Source: Candidatus Methanomethylicia archaeon (lineage in GTDB: Archaea > Thermoproteota > Methanomethylicia > Culexarchaeales > Culexarchaeaceae). From it: DNA of 64,000 bases. The notes beneath the pieces are model-generated. The model worked only from the letters and a program-made list of their open reading frames with translations. It was not told where the DNA came from and did no database searches. Positions 20,415-29,691 of this stretch are shown one piece after another. Each line of letters starts with the position of its first letter. Positions within the stretch are counted from its first letter, which is position 1. The stretch is from the NCBI GenBank assembly GCA_038727515.1, contig JAVYVS010000002.1, forward strand, positions 96,001 to 160,000, written 5' to 3'. Position numbers and translations under genes: made by a program.

Positions 20415-20864
20415 ATGGATGAAACGATAATCGGTCTTATAGGCGTTCTACTTTCAAGTTGCATACCAATATCAGGTGCAGCCTACGGAATTGTAACCGC
20501 AGGTATATCTATGGCTGGAGCTGGAACTGAACGCCCTGAAATAGTTACAAAGCTACTTTTAGCAGTTGTATTAGCTGAAGCTATAGGAATCTATGGATTA
20601 CTTACCTCAATAATGCTCATAGGAAAACTCTCCATAATCCTTGCTTCATATGAAGCAGCCATGAAAGCTTTATCAGCAGGTTTAGTAATGGCTGTATGTG
20701 GTTTATTAGCTTCAATAGCAATTGCATATACTGGATCAGCTATGGCTGGAGCTGGAGTTGAAAAACCTGAAATAGTTACAAAGACTCTTCTAGCAGTTGT
20801 ATTAGCTGAAGCTTTAGCAATCTATGGATTACTAATATCCATAATGTTAATAGGCACTATATAA
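20415..20864 (+). CDS. atpK: A/V-type ATPase proteolipid subunit K (c), two hairpins, both with Glu
   Basis: ERPE..LAEAIGIYGL and EKPE..LAEALAIYGL. Confidence 0.93.
   Translation: MDETIIGLIGVLLSSCIPISGAAYGIVTAGISMAGAGTERPEIVTKLLLAVVLAEAIGIYGLLTSIMLIGKLSIILASYEAAMKALSAGLVMAVCGLLASIAIAYTGSAMAGAGVEKPEIVTKTLLAVVLAEALAIYGLLISIMLIGTI
20511..20833 (+). repeat. Internal direct repeat in atpK (20511-20602 vs 20742-20833)
   Basis: 92-nt copies with 11 mismatches by hand count. Confidence 0.85.
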
Positions 20865-20877
20865 GTGGAGTGCCTAA

Positions 20878-21546
20878 ATGATGAATAGTAAAAGCAACGA
20901 ACTAGAGAAACTAAATGAACAATTAAAGTATACTAGGAGAAAGTATAAAAAGACCATTATAAATTCAAAGATAAAACTTTTGAAAACAAAAATTGCATCC
21001 AAAAATTGTATAACCAAAATTGAAGCTTATAAAGGGAATTGCATCAATAGAGTTGTAAATACTAAAGATATGACTATTAAACTTGTAGAAAATTCCATCA
21101 AAAATAATGTTAATATGATAAGCAGTGAGGGTTTCGTTCCTGATGAAAGTCTAGTTAAACTTTACTCTTTAATTGATAAAACAACATACATTCTAAAGTC
21201 CAAACCATCAAAGATACCAAGTTTTAGACAATACATTTCTAAAGTTTTTTCTGCGATTTCCAATAGCTTATCTACTCTACGTATATACTTTGCTAGAAAG
21301 CTTGCTTTTCCACCAATACTTTATTCTAAATCTTTCACTATGTCTATAATTGAAGTTAAATCATGGCATAGTAACTTATATTTAAGATTGACTACTGGAT
21401 TTAAAGATTTTAGAAAAACTTTATTGAATTATAAATCTAAGCTTGACAAATATGATTCAATTTTACTTTCATCAAAGGCTAGGTGTAATAATGCCATCCA
21501 AGTATCTATATCCAAGGGTAAAACTATTACTCGAAGATTTCTATAA
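20878..21546 (+). CDS. Basic hypothetical protein, possibly a highly diverged A-ATPase subunit D
   Basis: Co-oriented behind atpK; 222 aa; N-terminus NELEKLNEQLKYTRRKYK resembles the AtpD ELxxLKxxLxxAxRG pattern; weak similarity only. Confidence 0.4.
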   Translation: MMNSKSNELEKLNEQLKYTRRKYKKTIINSKIKLLKTKIASKNCITKIEAYKGNCINRVVNTKDMTIKLVENSIKNNVNMISSEGFVPDESLVKLYSLIDKTTYILKSKPSKIPSFRQYISKVFSAISNSLSTLRIYFARKLAFPPILYSKSFTMSIIEVKSWHSNLYLRLTTGFKDFRKTLLNYKSKLDKYDSILLSSKARCNNAIQVSISKGKTITRRFL

Positions 21547-21562
21547 TAAATATTATAAATAT

Positions 21563-22618
21563 TTAAATTATTATTTCCTCCATAATTTTTCGTTTTGGTA
21601 TTTCAAGTGATTTCCCATATATTATCACTTTTAAATTTCTTATTTCAGTCCATTTCTTAGTTAAGTATGCCAGTGTTGGTGATATATCGTATTGAAATCC
21701 CTTTTTCCAAACTTTTTGATAACCCTTATATATTTCTTTATTAAATAGTTTCTCTAATTCTTCTATTCCTCCCTTATTTATTGCTTCTATACTTTGCTTT
21801 AATAACGGTTTATATTCTTTTTCCATTAATTCGGTTAACACTTCCTTTTGATCTTCTTTTTCAAAAGCTCTTCTTATCTTTTGCATATTTATTTTGTATG
21901 TTGGGGTTATGATGTTTTCTTCTAGTTCATTCCAATCTATTTTAAGTTTCTTTGCTCTTAGGGTGTTTTTTATATTTGTTAAATCTATTTCTATTCCCAG
22001 CATTTCTCTAACACTTTTTGAGCTTTTACCATCAAGTCTTTTTGCTTCATTTATTATAGCTTCATATACTATTTTATCTATTTTTGCTTCAACAATTTTT
22101 GCATCTTCTTCTTTAAATTCTTTTTCAAATATTTTATGTATTGGTATCGGCACTCCTATTTCAACTAGTTTTTCCAATAATTCCCTTAGGTTTTTTGATT
22201 CTTCATATACTTTAACGTATTCTTCAATTTTGAGTCCTAGTGGGATGGGTGTTAAATGTTGTTTTAATCTTTCTACTGAAGCTCCTAATGTTTTTAATCT
22301 TATTGCAGCCTTTATGTTTTCAGCTTCATATTTCATCATATATAATGCTATTACTCTCATTGCTTGTTTCGGAAGCCATTTTAATACTTTTAGATATGAT
22401 CTCGTCAATGATTTTATCAATATTTTCTCCATTTCTATTGGTGTTGGTGTTTCTTGAAGACCTCTTACTTCTTCTCTATATGGAGTTTCCATTAATACCT
22501 TTACAATTTCTTTATAGGGTGCTTCTATGATTTTATTGTAATCCTCTTTTCTCAGGTATTCCCTTTTTAATCCCCTAATTTTTGTGTTTATGAATCCATA
22601 TCTAATTATTCCAAGCAA
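21563..22618 (-). CDS. atpC: A/V-type ATPase subunit C (d)
   Basis: YGFINTKIRG, ETPY, EIDLTNIK..LR, EIRNLKVI..GK; 351 aa. Confidence 0.9.
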   Translation of the reverse strand: MLGIIRYGFINTKIRGLKREYLRKEDYNKIIEAPYKEIVKVLMETPYREEVRGLQETPTPIEMEKILIKSLTRSYLKVLKWLPKQAMRVIALYMMKYEAENIKAAIRLKTLGASVERLKQHLTPIPLGLKIEEYVKVYEESKNLRELLEKLVEIGVPIPIHKIFEKEFKEEDAKIVEAKIDKIVYEAIINEAKRLDGKSSKSVREMLGIEIDLTNIKNTLRAKKLKIDWNELEENIITPTYKINMQKIRRAFEKEDQKEVLTELMEKEYKPLLKQSIEAINKGGIEELEKLFNKEIYKGYQKVWKKGFQYDISPTLAYLTKKWTEIRNLKVIIYGKSLEIPKRKIMEEIII

Positions 22619-22673
22619 AGTTATCAGCCTACACTTTATTCTTTAATACGCTAAATACCAATATTGTTATTCA

Positions 22674-23225
22674 CTATTTATACTTAATTGGTTTTAAGAT
22701 TATGTATGTTGTTATTATCAATAACCATATTACTACTCCAATAACTACTCCAATTCCAGCATAAAACTCACTTATCCTACTTCCAATAGTATATCCCATT
22801 AATATTAATGGTATCATTAAAGATAGTAATGCTATACTCCTACTTATCATGAATCTAAATAATCTCTTACCTTCATCTTCAATTCTTTCATCTACAACTT
22901 TCTCCTTCACCTCTTTGACTTTCTCTTTTACTTTAATACTTTCTTTCTCCTCTAATCCCCCTCTTCTTGAGATAACGGTTGCCTTTTCAATTACTTCAGA
23001 TAATGTATTGTATGGTTTATTATGCCTTAAGTTTATTCTACATGTTTCATATAATATTTTCATTGGTATCCATTCTTCTCCATTAATCCATTTTTCTAAT
23101 TCTTCTTCCTTTATCTTTAATCTTTTTAGATATTCATCTCTTCCTAATGTTTCAATAGCTGTTTTTAAAGCTTTCAAAACTTTTTCTGTAGGTTCAATAT
23201 ATATTTCTTCTGTCATTTCATCCAT
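22674..23225 (-). CDS. Hypothetical membrane-anchored protein with N-terminal HTH-like domain
   Basis: LKRLKIKEEELEKWINGE..IP (XRE-like); two C-terminal TM helices. Confidence 0.55.
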   Translation of the reverse strand: MDEMTEEIYIEPTEKVLKALKTAIETLGRDEYLKRLKIKEEELEKWINGEEWIPMKILYETCRINLRHNKPYNTLSEVIEKATVISRRGGLEEKESIKVKEKVKEVKEKVVDERIEDEGKRLFRFMISRSIALLSLMIPLILMGYTIGSRISEFYAGIGVVIGVVIWLLIITTYIILKPIKYK

Positions 23226-23332
23226 ACCATATCTTTATATGCGTATCAAAATTATTTAAATCGTTAGTTTTTTATATAGTTGTTATTTGAATTCTTTTTA
23301 GATTTTTAATTTTATTCGTATGGACTTTAGAG

Positions 23333-25507
23333 GTGGATGATTTGCTTAATTATTCACCTTGGCTTGTTTGGATTATTCCAATTATAGGTGCACTTTTAAC
23401 ACCTTTAATTGCACGTTTAGGTGATAGAATTCGAGATATCTCTGCTGTCTTCTTCTCTTTTCTAGCTGCTTTAATGGCTACAGTAAACTTTTCATATGTT
23501 ATGTCTGGAGGTATGTATATTCCAGGGGTTGGATATGTTAAGGTTCCCATTGATTGGCGTTTTAAATGGTTTATTGTTCCTGGGTTCCATTTAGATGTTG
23601 GAGTTTTACTGGATCCTCTTAGTGCTTTAATGGGTGTTATTGTTGCTTGGATTTCATTTTTAATTATGATTTATAGCTTGGGTTATATGCATGGTGAAGA
23701 AGGTTTAACTAGATACTGGTTTTTCATGAATTTCTTTATTGGGAATATGCTTCTACTCGTCATGTCCGATAATATTCTACAGATGTTATTTGGGTGGGAG
23801 GGTGTTGGACTATGTAGTTATCAATTGATTGGCTTCTATTATAGTGATGAAAGGAAGCGTTGGATTGGCAATGTTCCTCCATCACATGCTGGTATGAAAG
23901 CCTTCATAACCACTAAAATTGGAGATATATCCCTCATGATAGCTTCCTTCATAATATTCACTATATCTGGAACTTTTAATTTCCTAGATCTTCAAGCAAA
24001 TTATGAATGGATAATTGAACTTGCTAAGATGGGGTTGATAATTCCAGTTGTATTATTATTCTTTGGTGGACCTATTGGGAAATCTGCTCAATTTCCATTG
24101 CATGAATGGCTTCCAGAGGCTATGGCAGGCCCTACTTCAGTTTCAGCATTAATACATGCTGCTACTATGGTTAAAGCTGGAGTTTACCTTGTTGCTAGAA
24201 TGGTTCCAATATTTTATGGAAGTTTTACCCATGCGATTGCACATGTTCATGGATTAGCCATTGAAAACTTAATTTTACAAGCTAGAAACAGCTTCTTCTT
24301 AACTGTTGCATGGATTGGTGCATTTACAGCTTTTCTAGCTGCTACTCAAGCCATGGTTAGTAGAGAATTGAAGAAAGTTCTTGCGTATTCTACGATTTCT
24401 CAAATTGGTTATATGATGTTAGGTTTAGGTGCTGGAGGTTTAATGGAAAATGTAGCTATAGGTTTTGTTGCTGGAGTATTTCATTTAGCTAGTCATGCGA
24501 TCTTTAAAGCTTTGCTATTTATGGCTGCTGGTGCAGTTATTCATGCATGTGAGAGTACTGATATGTTTAATATGGGTGGTATTAGACGTGATATGCCTAT
24601 AACTTTTGTTTGTATGCTTATTGGAGCTTTATCTCTTTCAGGTATACCTCCACTTAGTGGTTTTTGGAGTAAAGAAGCTGTTTTCACAGCTTGTTTAGTT
24701 TCTGGTCAGTATATACTATTGGCTTTTGCAGCTGTAACTGCCGCTATAACATTCTTCTATAGTTTAAGAATGATTGCAATAACATTTCTTGGAGAGAAGA
24801 GTGAGCATTTAGAGGAATTGGAACATGAAGGTCATCATGTTCATGAAGTTTCAAAGGTTATGTGGATTCCATATGCAATATTAGCTATCTCAACTATTGC
24901 CATAGGTTTGATAGGTCCATTTTTCGAAGAGTACTTACATGAATTCCTAGAGCCTTCTATTCATATGATTCATCATGAAATTGCAATTTCAAGTGTTGTT
25001 TATGGTGCTGAAGTTGAAGTTTCTGGTTTTCCAACGAAATTAACAACTATGCTAATAACTTTATGCATGCTTATCTTAGGAGGTTATCCAGCATATTTAA
25101 TGTATATTTCACGTAAAGTTGATCCTGAATCCTTTGTCGAATCTCATGGGTTAAAGGGCATATACAACTTCTTATGGAATAGATGGTATATTAATCCAAC
25201 CTATTATGGTGTATTTGTATATCCTTTGATTCATGGTAGTGTTAAAGTCTTTAGAGGCTTTGAGAAAGCTGTTATTGATAGATTTAATTATGTTTTAGCG
25301 AATATAGTATTGAGCTTTAGCAATATTGTTTATAGATATTTTGAAAAGCCTATTTTAGATGGATTTAATTATTTTGTAGCTAATGTTTTCATGGTGTTTT
25401 CACAGATTTTCAGAAGAATTCAAACTGGTGTTTCTTCATTTAACATTATGGGTATTGGTTTAGGTATACTAATATTGATATTAATGATACTATTCGGTTT
25501 TATTTAA
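23333..25507 (+). CDS. nuoL: NuoL-like antiporter subunit with extended lateral helix
   Basis: GWEGVGLCSY, KSAQFPLHEWLPEAMAGPTSVSALIHAATMV, GFWSKE, QTG. Confidence 0.94.
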   Translation: MDDLLNYSPWLVWIIPIIGALLTPLIARLGDRIRDISAVFFSFLAALMATVNFSYVMSGGMYIPGVGYVKVPIDWRFKWFIVPGFHLDVGVLLDPLSALMGVIVAWISFLIMIYSLGYMHGEEGLTRYWFFMNFFIGNMLLLVMSDNILQMLFGWEGVGLCSYQLIGFYYSDERKRWIGNVPPSHAGMKAFITTKIGDISLMIASFIIFTISGTFNFLDLQANYEWIIELAKMGLIIPVVLLFFGGPIGKSAQFPLHEWLPEAMAGPTSVSALIHAATMVKAGVYLVARMVPIFYGSFTHAIAHVHGLAIENLILQARNSFFLTVAWIGAFTAFLAATQAMVSRELKKVLAYSTISQIGYMMLGLGAGGLMENVAIGFVAGVFHLASHAIFKALLFMAAGAVIHACESTDMFNMGGIRRDMPITFVCMLIGALSLSGIPPLSGFWSKEAVFTACLVSGQYILLAFAAVTAAITFFYSLRMIAITFLGEKSEHLEELEHEGHHVHEVSKVMWIPYAILAISTIAIGLIGPFFEEYLHEFLEPSIHMIHHEIAISSVVYGAEVEVSGFPTKLTTMLITLCMLILGGYPAYLMYISRKVDPESFVESHGLKGIYNFLWNRWYINPTYYGVFVYPLIHGSVKVFRGFEKAVIDRFNYVLANIVLSFSNIVYRYFEKPILDGFNYFVANVFMVFSQIFRRIQTGVSSFNIMGIGLGILILILMILFGFI
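25259..25420 (+). repeat. 2 x 81-nt (27-aa) tandem duplication in the NuoL amphipathic helix
   Basis: FEKAVIDRFNYVLANIVLSFSNIVYRY / FEKPILDGFNYFVANVFMVFSQIFRRI, also similar at DNA level. Confidence 0.85.
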
Positions 25508-25535
25508 TTTAAATTTTCTTTATATTAATTTTGGA

Positions 25536-26966
25536 GTGGTGAATTTGAAAGTTAGAGTTAGAGGTATATACTCTACAGCTCTATCTAAACTTTTAATTGA
25601 TGAAGGTTATAGTATTGTTCAACCGTCAAAGGTTATTAAGGATAGATTTAATATTGGCGATGAAATGGATTATATGTTTTATGATGTTGATATTCTTGAT
25701 CGTGATGATAAGCATGGAGTATACATTTTGACTTCCAATGAGAATTTAAGAACTATCATAGACATTATTCATAGAAATCTTTTTGATGCTATTATTAGAA
25801 TTGCACCGTATGATGTCAATGGAATTTATAAAGGTGTTGTAGAAGCTATTGATAAAGTTAGAAATTTAGCTTTTATATCCATTATGCCTAAGCTCTTAGG
25901 TGTATTACCGTTATCTAGAGATTCCCCTCTTAAAGTTGGTGATGAAATTCTTGTTCAAGTGGATAAGAGTAGTTTAGGTTTAAGGATTCCACGTTTAACT
26001 ACACGTATAGGTTTAGCTGGTAGGTATGTTGTATTATTTAAAGGTGATGGTTTAAAGTTTAGTAGGAAGCTTACTGGAAGTTTCATTGATTATATGAATA
26101 TATCTGAGACATTAAAAGGAGTTCTGCCTGAAACTTTTGGAGTTATCATTAGATCTTCTTTTAAAAGTGCTTCTAAAGATGATATTTTAAATGAAATTTC
26201 AAATTTATTGGATAACTACAATCGATTGATGGATTTATTTAGGGTTTCACCTTCAAGAAGGCTGATAGTTAATGGGTTAAAGGTATTGGATGTTGAGTTT
26301 CCATATAATTCTAAGAGGATTCTTGATTCAATTAGGAGTTTTGTTACTTCAACAATAAATTTTCATCATTACTTTAAGATTTTAGGTGAAAATTATTCTA
26401 AAATGGTTGATAATGTTGAATCCCTATTATCTAAAGGTTTGAATGTAGATGATACCTTACTTAATATAGATCTTCTTAGAGGGGAATTTGCTTCTAATTT
26501 GAGAGTTATTGAACATGTTAAATTGAATGGAAAAGTCATATTGTTTAGGAACATTGAATCCATTGATTTTAATGGTAAGTTTTTAACTATTTATAGGAGG
26601 GTTAAATCGCCTGGATTTTATGATGGTTTAAACATAGTTAAGATGGTTGGTGATAAAATTGTTACGAAGATTGGTTTTGGAGATTGGTATTATGTTTCTC
26701 GATATTATTCTTCTGATGGTCAATTTCTAGGTTCATATATTAACATAAATACTCCAATTGAAATTTATGGTGATAGATTGAGATATGTGGATTTAGAAGT
26801 TGATGTATGTGTTAAATCAAATGGTGAATTTAAAATTTTAGATATGGATCATTTATATAAAGCCTTTAAAATGGGTGTTGTATCTGAGAGTTTATTTAGA
26901 TTCATATCCAAACTTGTGGATAATATTAAATCTAAAATTATACATGGAGAATTTGATGATATTTGA
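25536..26966 (+). CDS. fau-1: FAU-1 / RNase E-G-like AU-binding ribonuclease (S1 + DUF402)
   Basis: VRVRGIYSTALSKLL; Y.NINTPIE..RYVDLEVDV. Confidence 0.88.
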   Translation: MVNLKVRVRGIYSTALSKLLIDEGYSIVQPSKVIKDRFNIGDEMDYMFYDVDILDRDDKHGVYILTSNENLRTIIDIIHRNLFDAIIRIAPYDVNGIYKGVVEAIDKVRNLAFISIMPKLLGVLPLSRDSPLKVGDEILVQVDKSSLGLRIPRLTTRIGLAGRYVVLFKGDGLKFSRKLTGSFIDYMNISETLKGVLPETFGVIIRSSFKSASKDDILNEISNLLDNYNRLMDLFRVSPSRRLIVNGLKVLDVEFPYNSKRILDSIRSFVTSTINFHHYFKILGENYSKMVDNVESLLSKGLNVDDTLLNIDLLRGEFASNLRVIEHVKLNGKVILFRNIESIDFNGKFLTIYRRVKSPGFYDGLNIVKMVGDKIVTKIGFGDWYYVSRYYSSDGQFLGSYININTPIEIYGDRLRYVDLEVDVCVKSNGEFKILDMDHLYKAFKMGVVSESLFRFISKLVDNIKSKIIHGEFDDI

Positions 26967-27019
26967 ATAATAAAGGTTTTATATTGACTTGAGATAAATT
27001 TTGTTGTATTTATTGGGGT

Positions 27020-28516
27020 GTGGTTTGCGTGTCGTTTGAAGGCTTAGTTTTATCATTAATTTTAGTTCCAATATGCTTTCTACCGGTAACGTATATAGCT
27101 GGTAGACGCCTTGGTAGTAAATGTGGTTGGGTCACCTTTGTCCCATTACTATACTCATTTTTAATATCATTAATACTTCTATCCGCTGTTTCTCTTAAGG
27201 GTTCCATCTACGTGGTATTTCCACTAGCTCCTTCTGTTGGTTTAAATTTTGGATTTCTAATTGATGGTTTAAGTTTACCCATAGTGTTTACAATAACATT
27301 GTTATGTATGGTTGTTTCAATATTCTCAATACCCTACATGGAGCATCATATTGGTGAAGATAAAGCTCAACATGCAGCATACTATGCCTTATATCTACTT
27401 TATGCATTGGGGATGGTTGGTACAGCTTTATCCACAAATTTAATTCAATTCTACTTCTTCTGGGAGCTTATGCTTCTTCCATCTTGGGCTTTAATAAATA
27501 TTTGGGGTTATGGTGAAAGGGAGAAGATTGCATTGAAATACTTTATATATACACATGTGGGTGCATTAGCTCTTTTAGCTGGTATATTAAGCTTATACTC
27601 CATATTTGGGACATTTGAACTTCCATTAATAATATCGTTAAGTAAGTTTATTCATGTTGGAGATATGATTAAGTGGATTACCATAGCCATGTTCTTTGGA
27701 TTTGCTGTTAAAATGGCTATAGTCCCATTACATACATGGCTTCCAGATGCACATGCTGAAGCTCCAACACCTATAAGTGCACTTTTATCTCCAGCTATGA
27801 TTGGACTTGGTGGATATGCAACTGTTAGGATAATATATTCTGCTTTTCCAGAGGTTTGGGATTCCCTCAGTTTCATATTGAGTCTTCTAGCTTTAATAAC
27901 AATGGTTTATTCTGGTGCTATGGCTTTAGCTCAAGATGATATTAAGAGGCTCTTAGCATATTCCAGTGCTTCACAGATGGGATATATTTTAATGGGTCTT
28001 GCAAGTGCAGATCCTATGGGTATTGGTGGAGCTATGTATCATTATGTCAGTCATGGAACTTGTAAAGCTATACTCTTCATGGTTGCAGGGGCAATAATTC
28101 TTGAAGCTCATGGTTTGAGAAGTATATCCAAACTTGGAGGTTTAGCTAAGAAAATGCCTTTAACAGCTACAATGGCGTTAATAGGATTTCTAGGTATTGC
28201 TGGTACACCTCCATTAAATGGTTTTCAAAGTGAATGGCTTATATTTACTGGTGCATTTCATGGAGCTATTGAAGCTCATGATACCTTAAGACTTATTGTA
28301 GTTGCACTTGGACTTATTGGAAGTGTATTAACAGCTGGTTATGCCCTTTGGACTATGAGGAGAGTATTCTTTGGAGAATTACGTGAAGGTTTAGAAGAAG
28401 TTCATGAACCATCAATATACGTTTTAGCTCCAATGATGGTCCTAGCAATATTCACAGTTATACTTGGCATATACCCAAGGCTTTTAATGGATTTATTAAC
28501 ATCCTTTCTAAGTTAA
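27020..28516 (+). CDS. nuoM: NuoM-like antiporter subunit
   Basis: DGLS, FFWELMLLP, KYFIYT, VKMAIVPLHTWLPDAHAEAPTPISALL. Confidence 0.92.
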   Translation: MVCVSFEGLVLSLILVPICFLPVTYIAGRRLGSKCGWVTFVPLLYSFLISLILLSAVSLKGSIYVVFPLAPSVGLNFGFLIDGLSLPIVFTITLLCMVVSIFSIPYMEHHIGEDKAQHAAYYALYLLYALGMVGTALSTNLIQFYFFWELMLLPSWALINIWGYGEREKIALKYFIYTHVGALALLAGILSLYSIFGTFELPLIISLSKFIHVGDMIKWITIAMFFGFAVKMAIVPLHTWLPDAHAEAPTPISALLSPAMIGLGGYATVRIIYSAFPEVWDSLSFILSLLALITMVYSGAMALAQDDIKRLLAYSSASQMGYILMGLASADPMGIGGAMYHYVSHGTCKAILFMVAGAIILEAHGLRSISKLGGLAKKMPLTATMALIGFLGIAGTPPLNGFQSEWLIFTGAFHGAIEAHDTLRLIVVALGLIGSVLTAGYALWTMRRVFFGELREGLEEVHEPSIYVLAPMMVLAIFTVILGIYPRLLMDLLTSFLS

Positions 28517-29014
28517 ATTAAGCTTTATACTTTCAATTTTAAGTTTATCTATTTCTATCCCAGCATCATATAAGTTTTTTAATGAATGAATTGTTATTAC
28601 CCCACTAATAATTCCCTCACTCTTATATATTGCCTTCCACTTTAGAGTTGTATGTTTACTTCTACTCCTATACGTTATTTGATGTATAACATCTGCTCTA
28701 ACAATATCAACAATTTCACCACTATGTATTTCAAAGCTACCTACAACCTCTTTTCTATTGGCATTCAACCATATTCTACCGGAAATCTCTGGGTACAAAT
28801 TTTTCTGATTGAAATGCTTCTCTATTATTGGCATATTATTTCTAGCTATAGATATCAATATGAACTTCTTAAATTCATTTAATTTAACTCTCCCCTCAAC
28901 TTTAAATAAAACTTCATTCTTAAGTCTCTCAGCATTTCTCTCAGATAAACATTTATCGCATATCCCACCCTTAGCTTGCCTACCACAGTATATACATTCT
29001 TCTTCAGATGACAT
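28508..29014 (-). CDS. Hypothetical protein with N-terminal Zn finger
   Basis: CIYCG...ICDKC. Confidence 0.6.
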   Translation of the reverse strand: MSSEEECIYCGRQAKGGICDKCLSERNAERLKNEVLFKVEGRVKLNEFKKFILISIARNNMPIIEKHFNQKNLYPEISGRIWLNANRKEVVGSFEIHSGEIVDIVRADVIHQITYRSRSKHTTLKWKAIYKSEGIISGVITIHSLKNLYDAGIEIDKLKIESIKLNLT

Positions 29015-29036
29015 TTAATACGCCTCAATACATCAT

Positions 29037-29396
29037 TTAAAGATCGTTTGATCTATCAACGTAATTCTTTATGTATTTCTTAGGCTTTAATGTTTCGATA
29101 ATGTAATTGAAGGCTGCTTCGGGATCTGTTTTCCCACATGTAAATACATCTACTGTAGCATATTTTAGGTATGGCCATGCATGTATCGATATATGTGATT
29201 CCAATACTATCCCTATAACTGCATTATACCCCTCAATACTATATACTTCTACATCAACCAATTTTGCTCTAGCAACTTCAACAGCCTTAATAACTACATT
29301 TCTAAGAAATGTGGGGTCAGCTAAAACATTCTCACTACATCCATATAAGTTTCCATATATATGTTTGCCGACAGCCTTTATCTCCCCCACTTCCAT
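29037..29396 (-). CDS. speD: Pyruvoyl-dependent S-adenosylmethionine decarboxylase proenzyme (arginine decarboxylase paralogue not excluded)
   Basis: GKH, LE|SHISIHAWP self-cleavage site, DVFTCG. Confidence 0.88.
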   Translation of the reverse strand: MEVGEIKAVGKHIYGNLYGCSENVLADPTFLRNVVIKAVEVARAKLVDVEVYSIEGYNAVIGIVLESHISIHAWPYLKYATVDVFTCGKTDPEAAFNYIIETLKPKKYIKNYVDRSNDL

Positions 29397-29691
29397 TTCA
29401 TTTCTTAAGAATAATTTAAACATAAATTTAAAGCTTTCTATTACTTTATTTCAATTTTTATTAGAAATTTTATTTCTAAAATCATTTTTAAGCATAGTTT
29501 CTACTGAAGTTTACATTTAAACATTAATTTTCAAATTAAATCAAATTTAAACATTTAATTTCCATTCTTTTCCAGAAAAAACATATATTTACCATTTTTT
29601 CCTATTAATCTCCTATATTTTTTCTTTTTGCATATCATTTTTTCATATTGTGCGTTTAATTCAAATATTTCAATTACAATTGATGTATTGT

